From the IMG/VR virus record IMGVR_UViG_2909309443_000001: DNA of 13,370 nucleotides. One strand, 5' to 3'. A program made the position numbers and the translations under genes. Of this stretch, positions 1-7,470 are shown one piece after another (the first letter of the stretch is position 1; each line of letters starts with the position of its first letter). This stretch comes from a virus (taxonomy: Duplodnaviria > Heunggongvirae > Uroviricota > Caudoviricetes). The notes below the pieces were generated by a model. That model had not been told where the DNA came from, ran no database searches, and was given only the letters and a program-made list of their open reading frames with translations.

Positions 1-408
1 ATGGCAACTCTTAAATCAATAATGGCAATAACCACCTTAATAATTTCACTCAATGCATACGCAAACACGAATGACATTAAAACTCTTCAAAAACAACTGA
101 AACCATGGCGACCACTGGAAATCACAATAAAAGATAGCTCTCTTACCGTTGTTCTCCCTGGTAAAAAAATCACATCTGAAGCCTATAATCATTTAATTAT
201 GTCCGGTGTATGCACCCCACTTTGGACACATGACGCTCCTTCTTCATTTTTAAAAAATGTAAGTGAAATCAATATAGTTAACCAATATAAGTCTATTGGA
301 TATACCTTTGAAGACCCATTGGCCACATGCAATGAAATCGCTCCGTTAATGGAAAAACCTGCACAAACAGTGGTGTTATCCAAAACTCATACCTACACAG
401 GTAAGTAA
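1..408 (+). CDS. Hypothetical small secreted protein (135 aa) with a predicted N-terminal signal peptide
   Basis: ATG at position 1 and TAA at 406-408. The N-terminus MATLKSIMAITTLIISLNAYA has a hydrophobic core and an AxA-type cleavage site. Coding sequence is AT-rich. A hairpin terminator follows. No recognisable family. It lies outside the ogr end of the prophage, so it may be host or moron DNA. Confidence 0.5.
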   Translation: MATLKSIMAITTLIISLNAYANTNDIKTLQKQLKPWRPLEITIKDSSLTVVLPGKKITSEAYNHLIMSGVCTPLWTHDAPSSFLKNVSEINIVNQYKSIGYTFEDPLATCNEIAPLMEKPAQTVVLSKTHTYTGK

Positions 409-426
409 ATAGCTCAAATAAGATAA

Positions 427-450
427 AGCCCCTCGACTGAGGGGCTTTCT
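427..450. terminator. Bidirectional intrinsic terminator between the converging ORF 1..408 and ogr
   Basis: Stem AGCCCCTC (427-434), loop GACT, stem GAGGGGCT (439-446). A T-rich tract follows on both strands (TTCT on +, TTATCTTATTT on -). Confidence 0.6.
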
Positions 451-458
451 GCCTGTAA

Positions 459-677
459 TTACATCCACATAATTTGCTGCCCTGACGGCAACGGGTGCGG
501 CCTTACGGCGTGGACTTCTCCCGGCTTCACGATGTATCTCTGTACCGACTCATACGTGATGAACGTGGCGCTGCAATTCACGTTCTGGCACTGGTGATAA
601 CGCTCTTTTGTCGTGTCAGTGATATAGCGACTTGTACGCGCATGTGCGGCATGCTGGCATAAAGGACAATGAAACAT
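459..677 (-). CDS. ogr: Ogr, zinc-finger late-gene transcriptional activator (Ogr/Delta family), 72 aa
   Basis: Internal ATG at 677-675 gives MFHCPLCQHAAHARTSRYITDTTKERYHQCQNVNCSATFITYESVQRYIVKPGEVHAVRPHPLPSGQQIMWM, which matches my recollection of P2 Ogr including the CxxC...CxxxxC zinc finger. The longer ORF to 740 in the track is probably an upstream extension. Confidence 0.9.
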   Translation of the reverse strand: MFHCPLCQHAAHARTSRYITDTTKERYHQCQNVNCSATFITYESVQRYIVKPGEVHAVRPHPLPSGQQIMWM

Positions 678-758
678 CGCGAGCACCTCTTCCGGTTTTG
701 TTGATGGTGCTATTTTAGTTAATTTATCCTTATAAAACAAACAGATAAAATAAAAACA

Positions 759-1922
759 TCACTCATCATCTTCTGTTTCATACTCCACATCAGAAAGCCT
801 GACCTCAAGCTCCAAGGACGTCGTGAAGCCGCTATTATTCAGAAAATGTGTCACCTTAGTGATTGTCCAGTCCTGCTCGTCTATGACGCGCTTAAAACCT
901 GACACTTTGACCGGCGTTTCCGTGTAAATATCTGCCCGGCCGGTAGCCAGGCTGATGGAGAACTCTGCTACACCCCGTTGCAGTTTATCCCACTTCGCCT
1001 GAGCGGCACGCATGGCCTGTGCTTTCGTGGCATATACCGTGGTCAGGGCAAAAACGTTGTCAGCCTCACCGGCCATGTATTCACCTTCGCGCGCTTCCGG
1101 TACTTTTGGCGCTTTCTTCTGCCTGACCGGTTTCGCTTTCGGGTGCTCCAGTGCGCGCAGGTGTTTCTCTTTCTTTTTGCGTTTCAGTTTTACCTTCTGC
1201 TTTTGCGGCTTCGGGTCTTTGGTGTGAAGCCACTTTGCCGTTACGCCGGTATAGGCTCCACGGTCAGCAATCGCAAAATGGTGGCGGTCGCCGTCGCTGC
1301 GGGTTATGGTGACCTGCGGGATTTTTTTACCGCTGGCCGTCACCCCCTGCCCCGCTTTGAGAAACAACAGTTTTCCCATTTTTACCGAGACCTCACCACC
1401 GTTGCGTTCTGCAAGACGGGTCAGGAATTTCGCATCAGACTCCTGCGACTGGTCGATGTGCGGGATTTTAATTCCTGCCAGTGACGGCGCGACACTGGCT
1501 TCCAGCCTGTTACGGGAGGCTATCGCCTCAACAATCGCACCGAGCGTGGTGTCATGCCAGGAGCCTTCACGGCGGGAATTGAGCGTCCCGCGAAAATCTG
1601 CACTCCGGGCGCGGATGGTAACCACATCCGGTGCGCCCCGGTGTTCAACCTCATCAACGGTGAATTTCCCTTTGCATACCAGGGCAAAACCTTTCCAGCC
1701 GATATACACCGTCAGGACAGCGCCACGAACCGGCAGCCCGACCTGCCCGTCGGCATCGTTCAGTTCAATATCAAGCTGGTCAGCCTCAAAGCCCCGGTTA
1801 TCCGTCAGGGTCATGCTCATCAGACGGTCGCTGATATTGCCGGTAATATCCCTGCTGTCGAGCATCAGCATGTAATCCGGTGTCAGCGTACTGCCTGCAT
1901 CAAATGTCAGCGCATCCAGCAT
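759..1922 (-). CDS. D: Tail protein D (P2 gpD family), 387 aa
   Basis: 387-aa ORF, the same length as P2 gpD. It sits between U and ogr as in P2. Its ATG overlaps the U stop (TAATG). Confidence 0.88.
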   Translation of the reverse strand: MLDALTFDAGSTLTPDYMLMLDSRDITGNISDRLMSMTLTDNRGFEADQLDIELNDADGQVGLPVRGAVLTVYIGWKGFALVCKGKFTVDEVEHRGAPDVVTIRARSADFRGTLNSRREGSWHDTTLGAIVEAIASRNRLEASVAPSLAGIKIPHIDQSQESDAKFLTRLAERNGGEVSVKMGKLLFLKAGQGVTASGKKIPQVTITRSDGDRHHFAIADRGAYTGVTAKWLHTKDPKPQKQKVKLKRKKKEKHLRALEHPKAKPVRQKKAPKVPEAREGEYMAGEADNVFALTTVYATKAQAMRAAQAKWDKLQRGVAEFSISLATGRADIYTETPVKVSGFKRVIDEQDWTITKVTHFLNNSGFTTSLELEVRLSDVEYETEDDE

Positions 1923-2401
1923 TATCCCGCCCCCGTCATACCCGTGAATTTAGTCGCCATACTGCCAGCCTTACCGATGAGCGATTCCGCCTGTTTACCT
2001 ATATCGCCATAAAGCGCGGCCAGTGATTCATCAACGCGGGTAAGTGACAGCGTAAAATCAATTTTCCGGGGTGTGCCGTCTGCAAAGAAAATACTCCCTG
2101 TTTCACTCACCCTGCTGATGACATACATGCCGTAAATCATGCCGGTGCCATCCAGCAACGGCCACGCCCGGCCTTCCTCTGCCATCAGCCTGAGCGTGGT
2201 CATCGTCAGCTTGCCGCCGGTCAGTTCGGGATAAAGCACACCGGCAAGCGTGATGTTTTCCTCACCCACACCGAGAAACTGAAAGGCATCCCGTTTACCG
2301 ATACGGGAATTTGACGGCCAGCGATAATCTGATTCACGCTGCATGGTCTGGTGTGGCAGCGTCTGGCGCATAAAAACAAACATACCTAACGCGAGCATCA
2401 T
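1922..2401 (-). CDS. U: Tail protein U (P2 gpU family), 159 aa
   Basis: 159-aa ORF directly downstream of T and upstream of D, in the P2 order T-U-D. Confidence 0.88.
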   Translation of the reverse strand: MMLALGMFVFMRQTLPHQTMQRESDYRWPSNSRIGKRDAFQFLGVGEENITLAGVLYPELTGGKLTMTTLRLMAEEGRAWPLLDGTGMIYGMYVISRVSETGSIFFADGTPRKIDFTLSLTRVDESLAALYGDIGKQAESLIGKAGSMATKFTGMTGAG

Positions 2402-2415
2402 TGTTCGTCACCTCC

Positions 2416-4863
2416 TTAACCGTCATGCATCATGCTGGCACGGGCGCGCGCACGTTTATCCCGCTCGTATTTTTCGAGTGCATCCTGTAACTGGCGGTCA
2501 AGCTGTGTCCCCGGCGCAGTACCACCCGTAAGGCTGATGTGATATTCGTTTTTACTCTGGTCTACATAAGAGCGGCCAGCCGGTGCCGTGACCGGCTGAT
2601 AAGCCTGATAGCCTGCATAAGAGCTGGTCGCCGGAATATACCCACCGGTGCCATACGTGGCGGCATGAGTCCTTGCGGCGGTCTGGTCAAGTGTGTCTGA
2701 CTCTTTGTTGATAACACCGAGTTTTTCCAGTACCCAGTCAATACCGCTGCGCAGTTTGTTGAACGCATTAAGCGGCAGCATCAGCGCGTCAGCCAGTGCC
2801 TGCCCGAACATGACGCCCGTGTCACGGCAACGGTTCAGGGTGTCCCGGGTGGCTTTGACCGGGGCAATCAGGTTTTTAAACCACTGCCACGCGGCCTGTA
2901 ACTTTTCGCCCAGCCAGTCAAACACCGGCTTAAGTGGCGTGAACAGTTCCCCCACCGGCGCAAATGCCGCTTTCAGCCCTTCCACCACACCGCCAAAGAA
3001 TGCGCTGACAGGCTCCCAATATTTACGGATAAGCAACGCCCCGGCGACAATGGCGGCCACCACGGCCACAACCGGCCAGCTAATCGCCCCGATGGCCGTC
3101 ATAACAGCACTGCCAACCGTCGTGAAGATTGCCCCCATTGCGCCTGCTGCCGCGATGATGGCATTGATGCCAGTGATAACCGGCCAGGCTACGAGGCCAA
3201 TGGCACCGATGACAGCAGTCAGCGCCAGTGCACCACCGACAATGAGGCCGATGGTTGACGCCAGTGATTTGTTTTTCTGTATCCAGCCGTCGAGTTTTAA
3301 CACATACTTTGTGGCCGTCTGCGTGAGCTTACGCAGTGCGCCTTCCTGCTGGTCAAACAGGTCAGTCCCCACCGCCTCATAAGCGGACTGAAACTCCTTA
3401 AAGTCACCGCCGAGGTTGTCCTGCATGATATTTACCAGCTCGGCGGTCTTCCCGTCTGAGGCTTTAAACGCAGCGGTCAGTTTGTCCAGCTTTCCAGTTG
3501 AGGCGGCAGTCATCAGCACGGCGGCGGCTGAGCTGGCCTCCTCCCCGAAAATGGTTTTCATGTATTCAGCCTGCTGGGCAGTACCGAGCCGGTTTTTCTC
3601 AAAACTGGCCTGCATTTCTTTCAGAATGGTAAATACTGGTCGGGTGTTTCCCTTACTGTCTGAGGTTTTCACGCCAAGCTCTTTCAGTGCATCCCATGCT
3701 TTTCCCGTCGGTGCCTGCAGGCGACTTAACACGGCACGGCTTCCCGTCCCCGCCATTGAGCCTGTGATTTTTGCATCATGCAGCGCCCCGACCATTGCGG
3801 CGGTTTCTTCAATGCTGACACCGGCATTTTTTGCCACAGGTGCGGCATAGGTCAGCGCATCGCTCATGCCGTCAAAATCGGCGGCGGTTTTGTTCATCGT
3901 CATGGAGAGAACATCCCCGATATGAGCGACCTTATCGTTTGAAAGCTGAAAGGCGGATTTCATCCCCATCAGCAGGGCGGCGTTTTCTTCCATCGTGCGG
4001 CGGTTCGCCAGCGCCATATTCAGCGTGACCGGCGTTGCCGCCTGAATGGCATCAACATCCCCACCCGCTTTCGCGATGATTATCTGTGCACCGGCCGCAT
4101 CATCCGCCGAGGCGGCGGTATTGTCGCCGAGCTGGCGCGCCTGTTTGCGTAGCGCGGCCATTTCGGCGGAATCTTTTGCCACACCGAGCACGGCCTGCAA
4201 TTCTGAGTTTTTCTGCGCAAACTCATAACCGGGCATCAGCAGCTTAACTCCGGCCATCGTTCCCGCCGCCGCAATCCCCACACCGGCAGCGCCCACCGAG
4301 GCCATATTTCCGGCCAGTTCCTTGCCTGCCTGATAACGCTGTTTTACTGCGTTAAGTTTTGCCTGTTGTGCACTGACACGCGCCAGTGCGTCACGCTGAC
4401 GGTTAAGCTGTGCGGTGGTTTCACTGATACGGTTTTTCAGTCCCTGCTCATTATGTGCAAGATTGCGGGTATTAATTCCCACAGCGGCCAGTTCCCGCTG
4501 CTGGCGTTTAATGGAATCTGTCAGGCGGTTATATTTCGCCTGTAAGTCCTCCGCCGCACGCTTTGCGGATTCCAGCACTTTCGCCTGAGCACGGGTCGGA
4601 CGTTCAGTGTTTTTAAACTGTGTGGCAAGGGCTTCGGCCTCCTGCCGAGCCTTTTCAAGTGCATGACCAGTCACGGCAAGCTGTGCGCTGGTCTTGCGAA
4701 ATCCCTCAATACGGGATGCGTGACCGTTCAGCTCGCGCAGTGATTTTTGTGTTTCCCGGATATCCCCCGACAGCGACTTACTCGCTGTGCGGATGGATTT
4801 AAACGGGCGGGATGCCTGGTCAACAGCCCTGAGCAATACCTGTAATTTTACATTGTTACTCAT
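2416..4863 (-). CDS. T: Tail tape measure protein T (P2 gpT family), 815 aa
   Basis: 815-aa ORF, the same length as P2 gpT. Ala/Gly-rich with coiled-coil N-terminal part and hydrophobic central segments typical of tape measure proteins. The E' remnant stop overlaps its start. Confidence 0.9.
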   Translation of the reverse strand: MSNNVKLQVLLRAVDQASRPFKSIRTASKSLSGDIRETQKSLRELNGHASRIEGFRKTSAQLAVTGHALEKARQEAEALATQFKNTERPTRAQAKVLESAKRAAEDLQAKYNRLTDSIKRQQRELAAVGINTRNLAHNEQGLKNRISETTAQLNRQRDALARVSAQQAKLNAVKQRYQAGKELAGNMASVGAAGVGIAAAGTMAGVKLLMPGYEFAQKNSELQAVLGVAKDSAEMAALRKQARQLGDNTAASADDAAGAQIIIAKAGGDVDAIQAATPVTLNMALANRRTMEENAALLMGMKSAFQLSNDKVAHIGDVLSMTMNKTAADFDGMSDALTYAAPVAKNAGVSIEETAAMVGALHDAKITGSMAGTGSRAVLSRLQAPTGKAWDALKELGVKTSDSKGNTRPVFTILKEMQASFEKNRLGTAQQAEYMKTIFGEEASSAAAVLMTAASTGKLDKLTAAFKASDGKTAELVNIMQDNLGGDFKEFQSAYEAVGTDLFDQQEGALRKLTQTATKYVLKLDGWIQKNKSLASTIGLIVGGALALTAVIGAIGLVAWPVITGINAIIAAAGAMGAIFTTVGSAVMTAIGAISWPVVAVVAAIVAGALLIRKYWEPVSAFFGGVVEGLKAAFAPVGELFTPLKPVFDWLGEKLQAAWQWFKNLIAPVKATRDTLNRCRDTGVMFGQALADALMLPLNAFNKLRSGIDWVLEKLGVINKESDTLDQTAARTHAATYGTGGYIPATSSYAGYQAYQPVTAPAGRSYVDQSKNEYHISLTGGTAPGTQLDRQLQDALEKYERDKRARARASMMHDG

Positions 4864-5135
4864 TCGTGTTTCCGCTTCGCCGGAGCGCCTTTTCGCGCCA
4901 TGTGATGAGTTCGGTCAGGCTCATGGGATACAGTTCTGATGGCGGCCAGTGAAATATCACTGCCACATCCGCCATCAGGTCATCGACCGAGAGATTTTTC
5001 GGGAACGTTACTGCACCGAGTTCGGCGACAAAAAACCGACCACCTTACCGGCCAGCGCCACAAGGTCAGGCAGTTCCAGCGCGGCGACTTCCTGCTCGGT
5101 CAGCATCGGTGCCGTCATGCGCGGCAGCACCTTAA
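4856..5135 (-). pseudogene. E: 5'-truncated remnant of tail chaperone genes E and E+E', with the -1 frameshift module intact
   Basis: My translation of the minus strand gives ...VLPRMTAPMLTEQEVAALELPDLVALAGKVVGFLSPNSVQ* ending at TAA 5010-5008. An in-frame TAG at 5211-5209 lies upstream and there is no ATG for a full-length E. GGT TTT TTG at 5037-5029 carries the T TTT TTG slippery heptamer. The -1 frame is open from 5035 to the TAA at 4858-4856, overlapping the T start. Confidence 0.6.
5029..5035 (-). other. Programmed -1 ribosomal frameshift slippery heptamer T TTT TTG of the E/E' tail chaperone pair
   Basis: Plus strand CAAAAAA at 5029-5035. On the minus strand it is in frame as TTT TTG within the E remnant, and the -1 frame continues open for about 57 codons. 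Confidence 0.6.
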
Positions 5136-5136
5136 G

Positions 5137-5298
5137 CCGGAGAACATCGGGTCGCTGGGCGATATTGAGAAAGTGGCAAAGGTCTTTGTCCGCAATGAGC
5201 TTATCCCGCTACAGGACAGGATTCGGGAAATAAACGGCTGGCTCGGTCAGGAGGTCATCCGCTTTAAAAACTACTCACTGGACACTGACAACGGCTGA
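5137..5298 (+). pseudogene. Q: 3' fragment of portal gene Q (C-terminal ~54 codons)
   Basis: Plus-frame translation ...PENIGSLGDIEKVAKVFVRNELIPLQDRIREINGWLGQEVIRFKNYSLDTDNG* ends at TGA 5296-5298, followed by a strong terminator and then cos. This matches P2, where Q is read toward cos. The upstream part of ORF 4939..5298 in the track is antisense to E/E', so that ORF is a chimera. Confidence 0.5.
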
Positions 5299-5303
5299 AC
5301 ATC

Positions 5304-5325
5304 GCCGCCTGCGGGCGGCTTTTTT
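5304..5325 (+). terminator. Rho-independent terminator of the Q (portal) transcript
   Basis: Perfect GC stem GCCGCC (5304-5309), loop TGCG, stem GGCGGC (5314-5319), then a T6 run (5320-5325). It is oriented for plus-strand transcripts only. Confidence 0.65.
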
Positions 5326-5467
5326 ACACCCCGTCATCACGCCCTCACACGCTCACCACCGCACAAAACACCCCGCAGACACACCAACGCCCCGGCGCAC
5401 AATCTAAACGCCATCACGACGCGCTCAGACGCAGAAAAAATAAAATCAGCACCACCGCCAGCGCGCA

Positions 5468-5486
5468 GTGCTTTCCCCGCCTCGCC
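5468..5486. other. cos site: 19-nt cohesive-end sequence of the P2/186/P4 family
   Basis: Plus strand GTGCTTTCCCCGCCTCGCC is the reverse complement of GGCGAGGCGGGGAAAGCAC, which I recall as the shared 19-nt cohesive end of P2, 186 and P4. Its position between the A-distal cargo gene and the Q 3' end matches P2 genome ends. Confidence 0.7.
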
Positions 5487-5637
5487 CGCCCGCTTCATGG
5501 GTCGGTTTGAATGCAGTTGAATTACAACTACCAAACCAAGCAATCCCTACTATTACGCAGAAAATGCATACTGAAATACCTCGTGCAAATTGATGCAGCT
5601 AAGTATGCATAGGTTTTATGCCTCAACGTATACGTTA

Positions 5638-7470
5638 TCAAACAGAGCCCTGTTCAAAAACAGTATCAAAATATGGTAGGAGAGGATAAGCACACAGAAA
5701 GAAAATCAGGATGCATGCATATGTCGTTGTTTCATCGTAACAAGCATTAGTATATAAATTACCATGTGCTAATTTATGTCTTAAGGTTGCCCCACTCTTT
5801 CTGTTAAAAAGAACATCGATAGTCAAAACAAGATTTTTAGAAAAGATACTTTCCAAATCATCTCTGCATTTATCTAGAAGCTGAGAAATACTTGTTGACT
5901 CCTCTAATCCCTTATCCAAATATCTAGTAGCATCCTTTCCACTAAGCTCATAATAATAACGAACCATACCTTCCATTTGTGGTATTAAAAGATAAGCTGC
6001 ACTGATGTAATCTCCCTGCCATAATTTGTAAAAGCCCAAATTAAAAATCTCCCTAAACTCCGGCTTGACAATTGGACTAGTTGTAACCAATTTAACGAAT
6101 GTTGACAACGTCAAGCCATGTTCTTGAGAAAGTACATAGCGAGCAGGTTCAAAGACACCGTTTACAAAAATCTTATGAGTAATCTCGAAATTTCTTAGAT
6201 ATTGATCAATAACAACATCATCACTCATATCCTTTTTATTATCCAACGGCGGGATTGTATATATCTTACGCCCACTCTCATCATTAATTTCTGTTCCAAC
6301 AAAACTAGAGAATAAACTTTTTTCTGATAATCTTAAAACTTGTTCCCTCATGCTTTCAATATTTTCAATCGGTGTTTCACTCATTAAAACTTTGAATATA
6401 TCGGGCAAAGAACGCCCCGTCAGTTTTTTTTCACTTTCAGCAACCAAGTCACTAATATCAATAGAATGGCTTAAAGTGACATATTCACTCCTTACTTCTT
6501 CTCTCAAATTAGCAAGTTGTTCCTTTAAATCTTCTATCTGTTGGCTATCACCACCGTACTGTCTTAATTCAGAGATAGCTGTTCTTAACCAAGAGATCTT
6601 ACCCATATTATCAGGTCGTTCTGTTGCAACTTTAATAGTAATATTTGCAGATGCCAGTTTACATCTCTTGGCACGTTCATACTCACCATTTTTTTCATAA
6701 ATAACTGCACTTGTCATATAAAGTGATTTTACAGCATCATAATATTTTTTATCTTTATGCTGCTCAGCCATCTTCTCAGCATTTTCCGCATACTGCAGAT
6801 TATACCCATCAAAATCACGCACCATAAACCAAGTCAAATTATTGAAACCTTCAAAGATTAATCTTTCATTTTGAATACTATAAAGAGAATGAATGGCATT
6901 TTTAATCGCCATGTTTCCTTCTGATTTTCTAGGGTAGACCATTTTATTAATGTGCAAAGCCCTAGCAATATAATCACGAGCAAAAATAAAGCAATTTAAA
7001 TCACTTTCATCCATGCTTTCGTTTTTTATTATTGGCTTTTCAATTGCTATATTTAGCATTTCAGCATAGGAATCAATTGCTTTAATTGCCACGTCTTTAT
7101 TTTTCCGATTATTACACCAAACAACATCATATATTCTTGATAACAAAAATGGATTGGTTATTTTTTGAGAAACATATAAAAGACAGTCATTCACCTGCTC
7201 ATCAAAATCTTCAGGCAATATTGATCTTTTATTACCCCAAATCATTTGGGGTTCAAATGATGGAGTGTTGTTAACAACTTGCAAATTGAAACTATATAGC
7301 ATACCAAAAAGAGATGCTAATTTTTTCTCTTTGGGGTTTTCTGATGACTCAGCAATCCCATCCAGATATTTTTTTATTTTATGTGCATGAAATGTAACTG
7401 GTATATGCATAAAAACACTATAATCTAGTGTTTCAAGCTCTTCCCTTGTAAGAACAAAGATATCATTCAT
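5638..7470 (-). CDS. AT-rich cargo protein (~610 aa) at the tin/old position; candidate anti-phage protein with a C-terminal HEPN-like Rx4H motif
   Basis: Long minus ORF whose base composition is far more AT-rich than the flanking phage genes. ATG at 7470-7468 is preceded by AAAGGTGAAAACG (GGTG 6 nt upstream). The track's longer ORF to 7575 starts at a TTG only 15 nt after the A stop. C-terminus carries ...ATLRHKLAHGN... (R-x4-H). No Walker A motif. No recognisable family from sequence alone. Confidence 0.75.
   Translation of the reverse strand: MNDIFVLTREELETLDYSVFMHIPVTFHAHKIKKYLDGIAESSENPKEKKLASLFGMLYSFNLQVVNNTPSFEPQMIWGNKRSILPEDFDEQVNDCLLYVSQKITNPFLLSRIYDVVWCNNRKNKDVAIKAIDSYAEMLNIAIEKPIIKNESMDESDLNCFIFARDYIARALHINKMVYPRKSEGNMAIKNAIHSLYSIQNERLIFEGFNNLTWFMVRDFDGYNLQYAENAEKMAEQHKDKKYYDAVKSLYMTSAVIYEKNGEYERAKRCKLASANITIKVATERPDNMGKISWLRTAISELRQYGGDSQQIEDLKEQLANLREEVRSEYVTLSHSIDISDLVAESEKKLTGRSLPDIFKVLMSETPIENIESMREQVLRLSEKSLFSSFVGTEINDESGRKIYTIPPLDNKKDMSDDVVIDQYLRNFEITHKIFVNGVFEPARYVLSQEHGLTLSTFVKLVTTSPIVKPEFREIFNLGFYKLWQGDYISAAYLLIPQMEGMVRYYYELSGKDATRYLDKGLEESTSISQLLDKCRDDLESIFSKNLVLTIDVLFNRKSGATLRHKLAHGNLYTNACYDETTTYACILIFFLCAYPLLPYFDTVFEQGSV

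Noticed and set aside
978-2012. Plus-strand ORFs 978..1484, 1012..1227, 1306..1875 and 1554..2012
   Set aside because: They are antisense to tail gene D (and the U 3' end). The D ORF is full length and matches P2 gpD in size, so these are shadow ORFs.
2693-4802. Plus-strand ORFs inside T (2693..3382, 3416..3850, 3831..4028, 4046..4228, 4620..4802)
   Set aside because: They are antisense to the 815-aa tape measure gene. Their Ala/Ser/Pro-rich translations are typical shadow ORFs of a GC-rich gene, with no start or RBS context.
4939-5298. 119-aa plus ORF 4939..5298 as a single gene
   Set aside because: It is a chimera: its C-terminal third is the Q 3' remnant, and its N-terminal part is the antisense of the E/E' remnant across the deletion junction.
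5337-5543. 68-aa minus ORF spanning cos
   Set aside because: It lies in a GC-rich non-coding region containing cos. Its translation is low-complexity (A/G/R-rich), and in P2 this region is non-coding.
6350-7274. Plus ORFs 6350..6700 and 7086..7274
   Set aside because: They are antisense to the cargo gene in AT-rich sequence, where long stop-free stretches are expected on the opposite strand.
5638-7470. Cargo protein as P2 Old (OLD-family ATPase-nuclease) or Tin
   Set aside because: Old has an N-terminal ABC-type ATPase with a Walker A motif; none is present (only MGKI and SGKD, neither canonical). Tin is much smaller. Different cargo occupies the slot.
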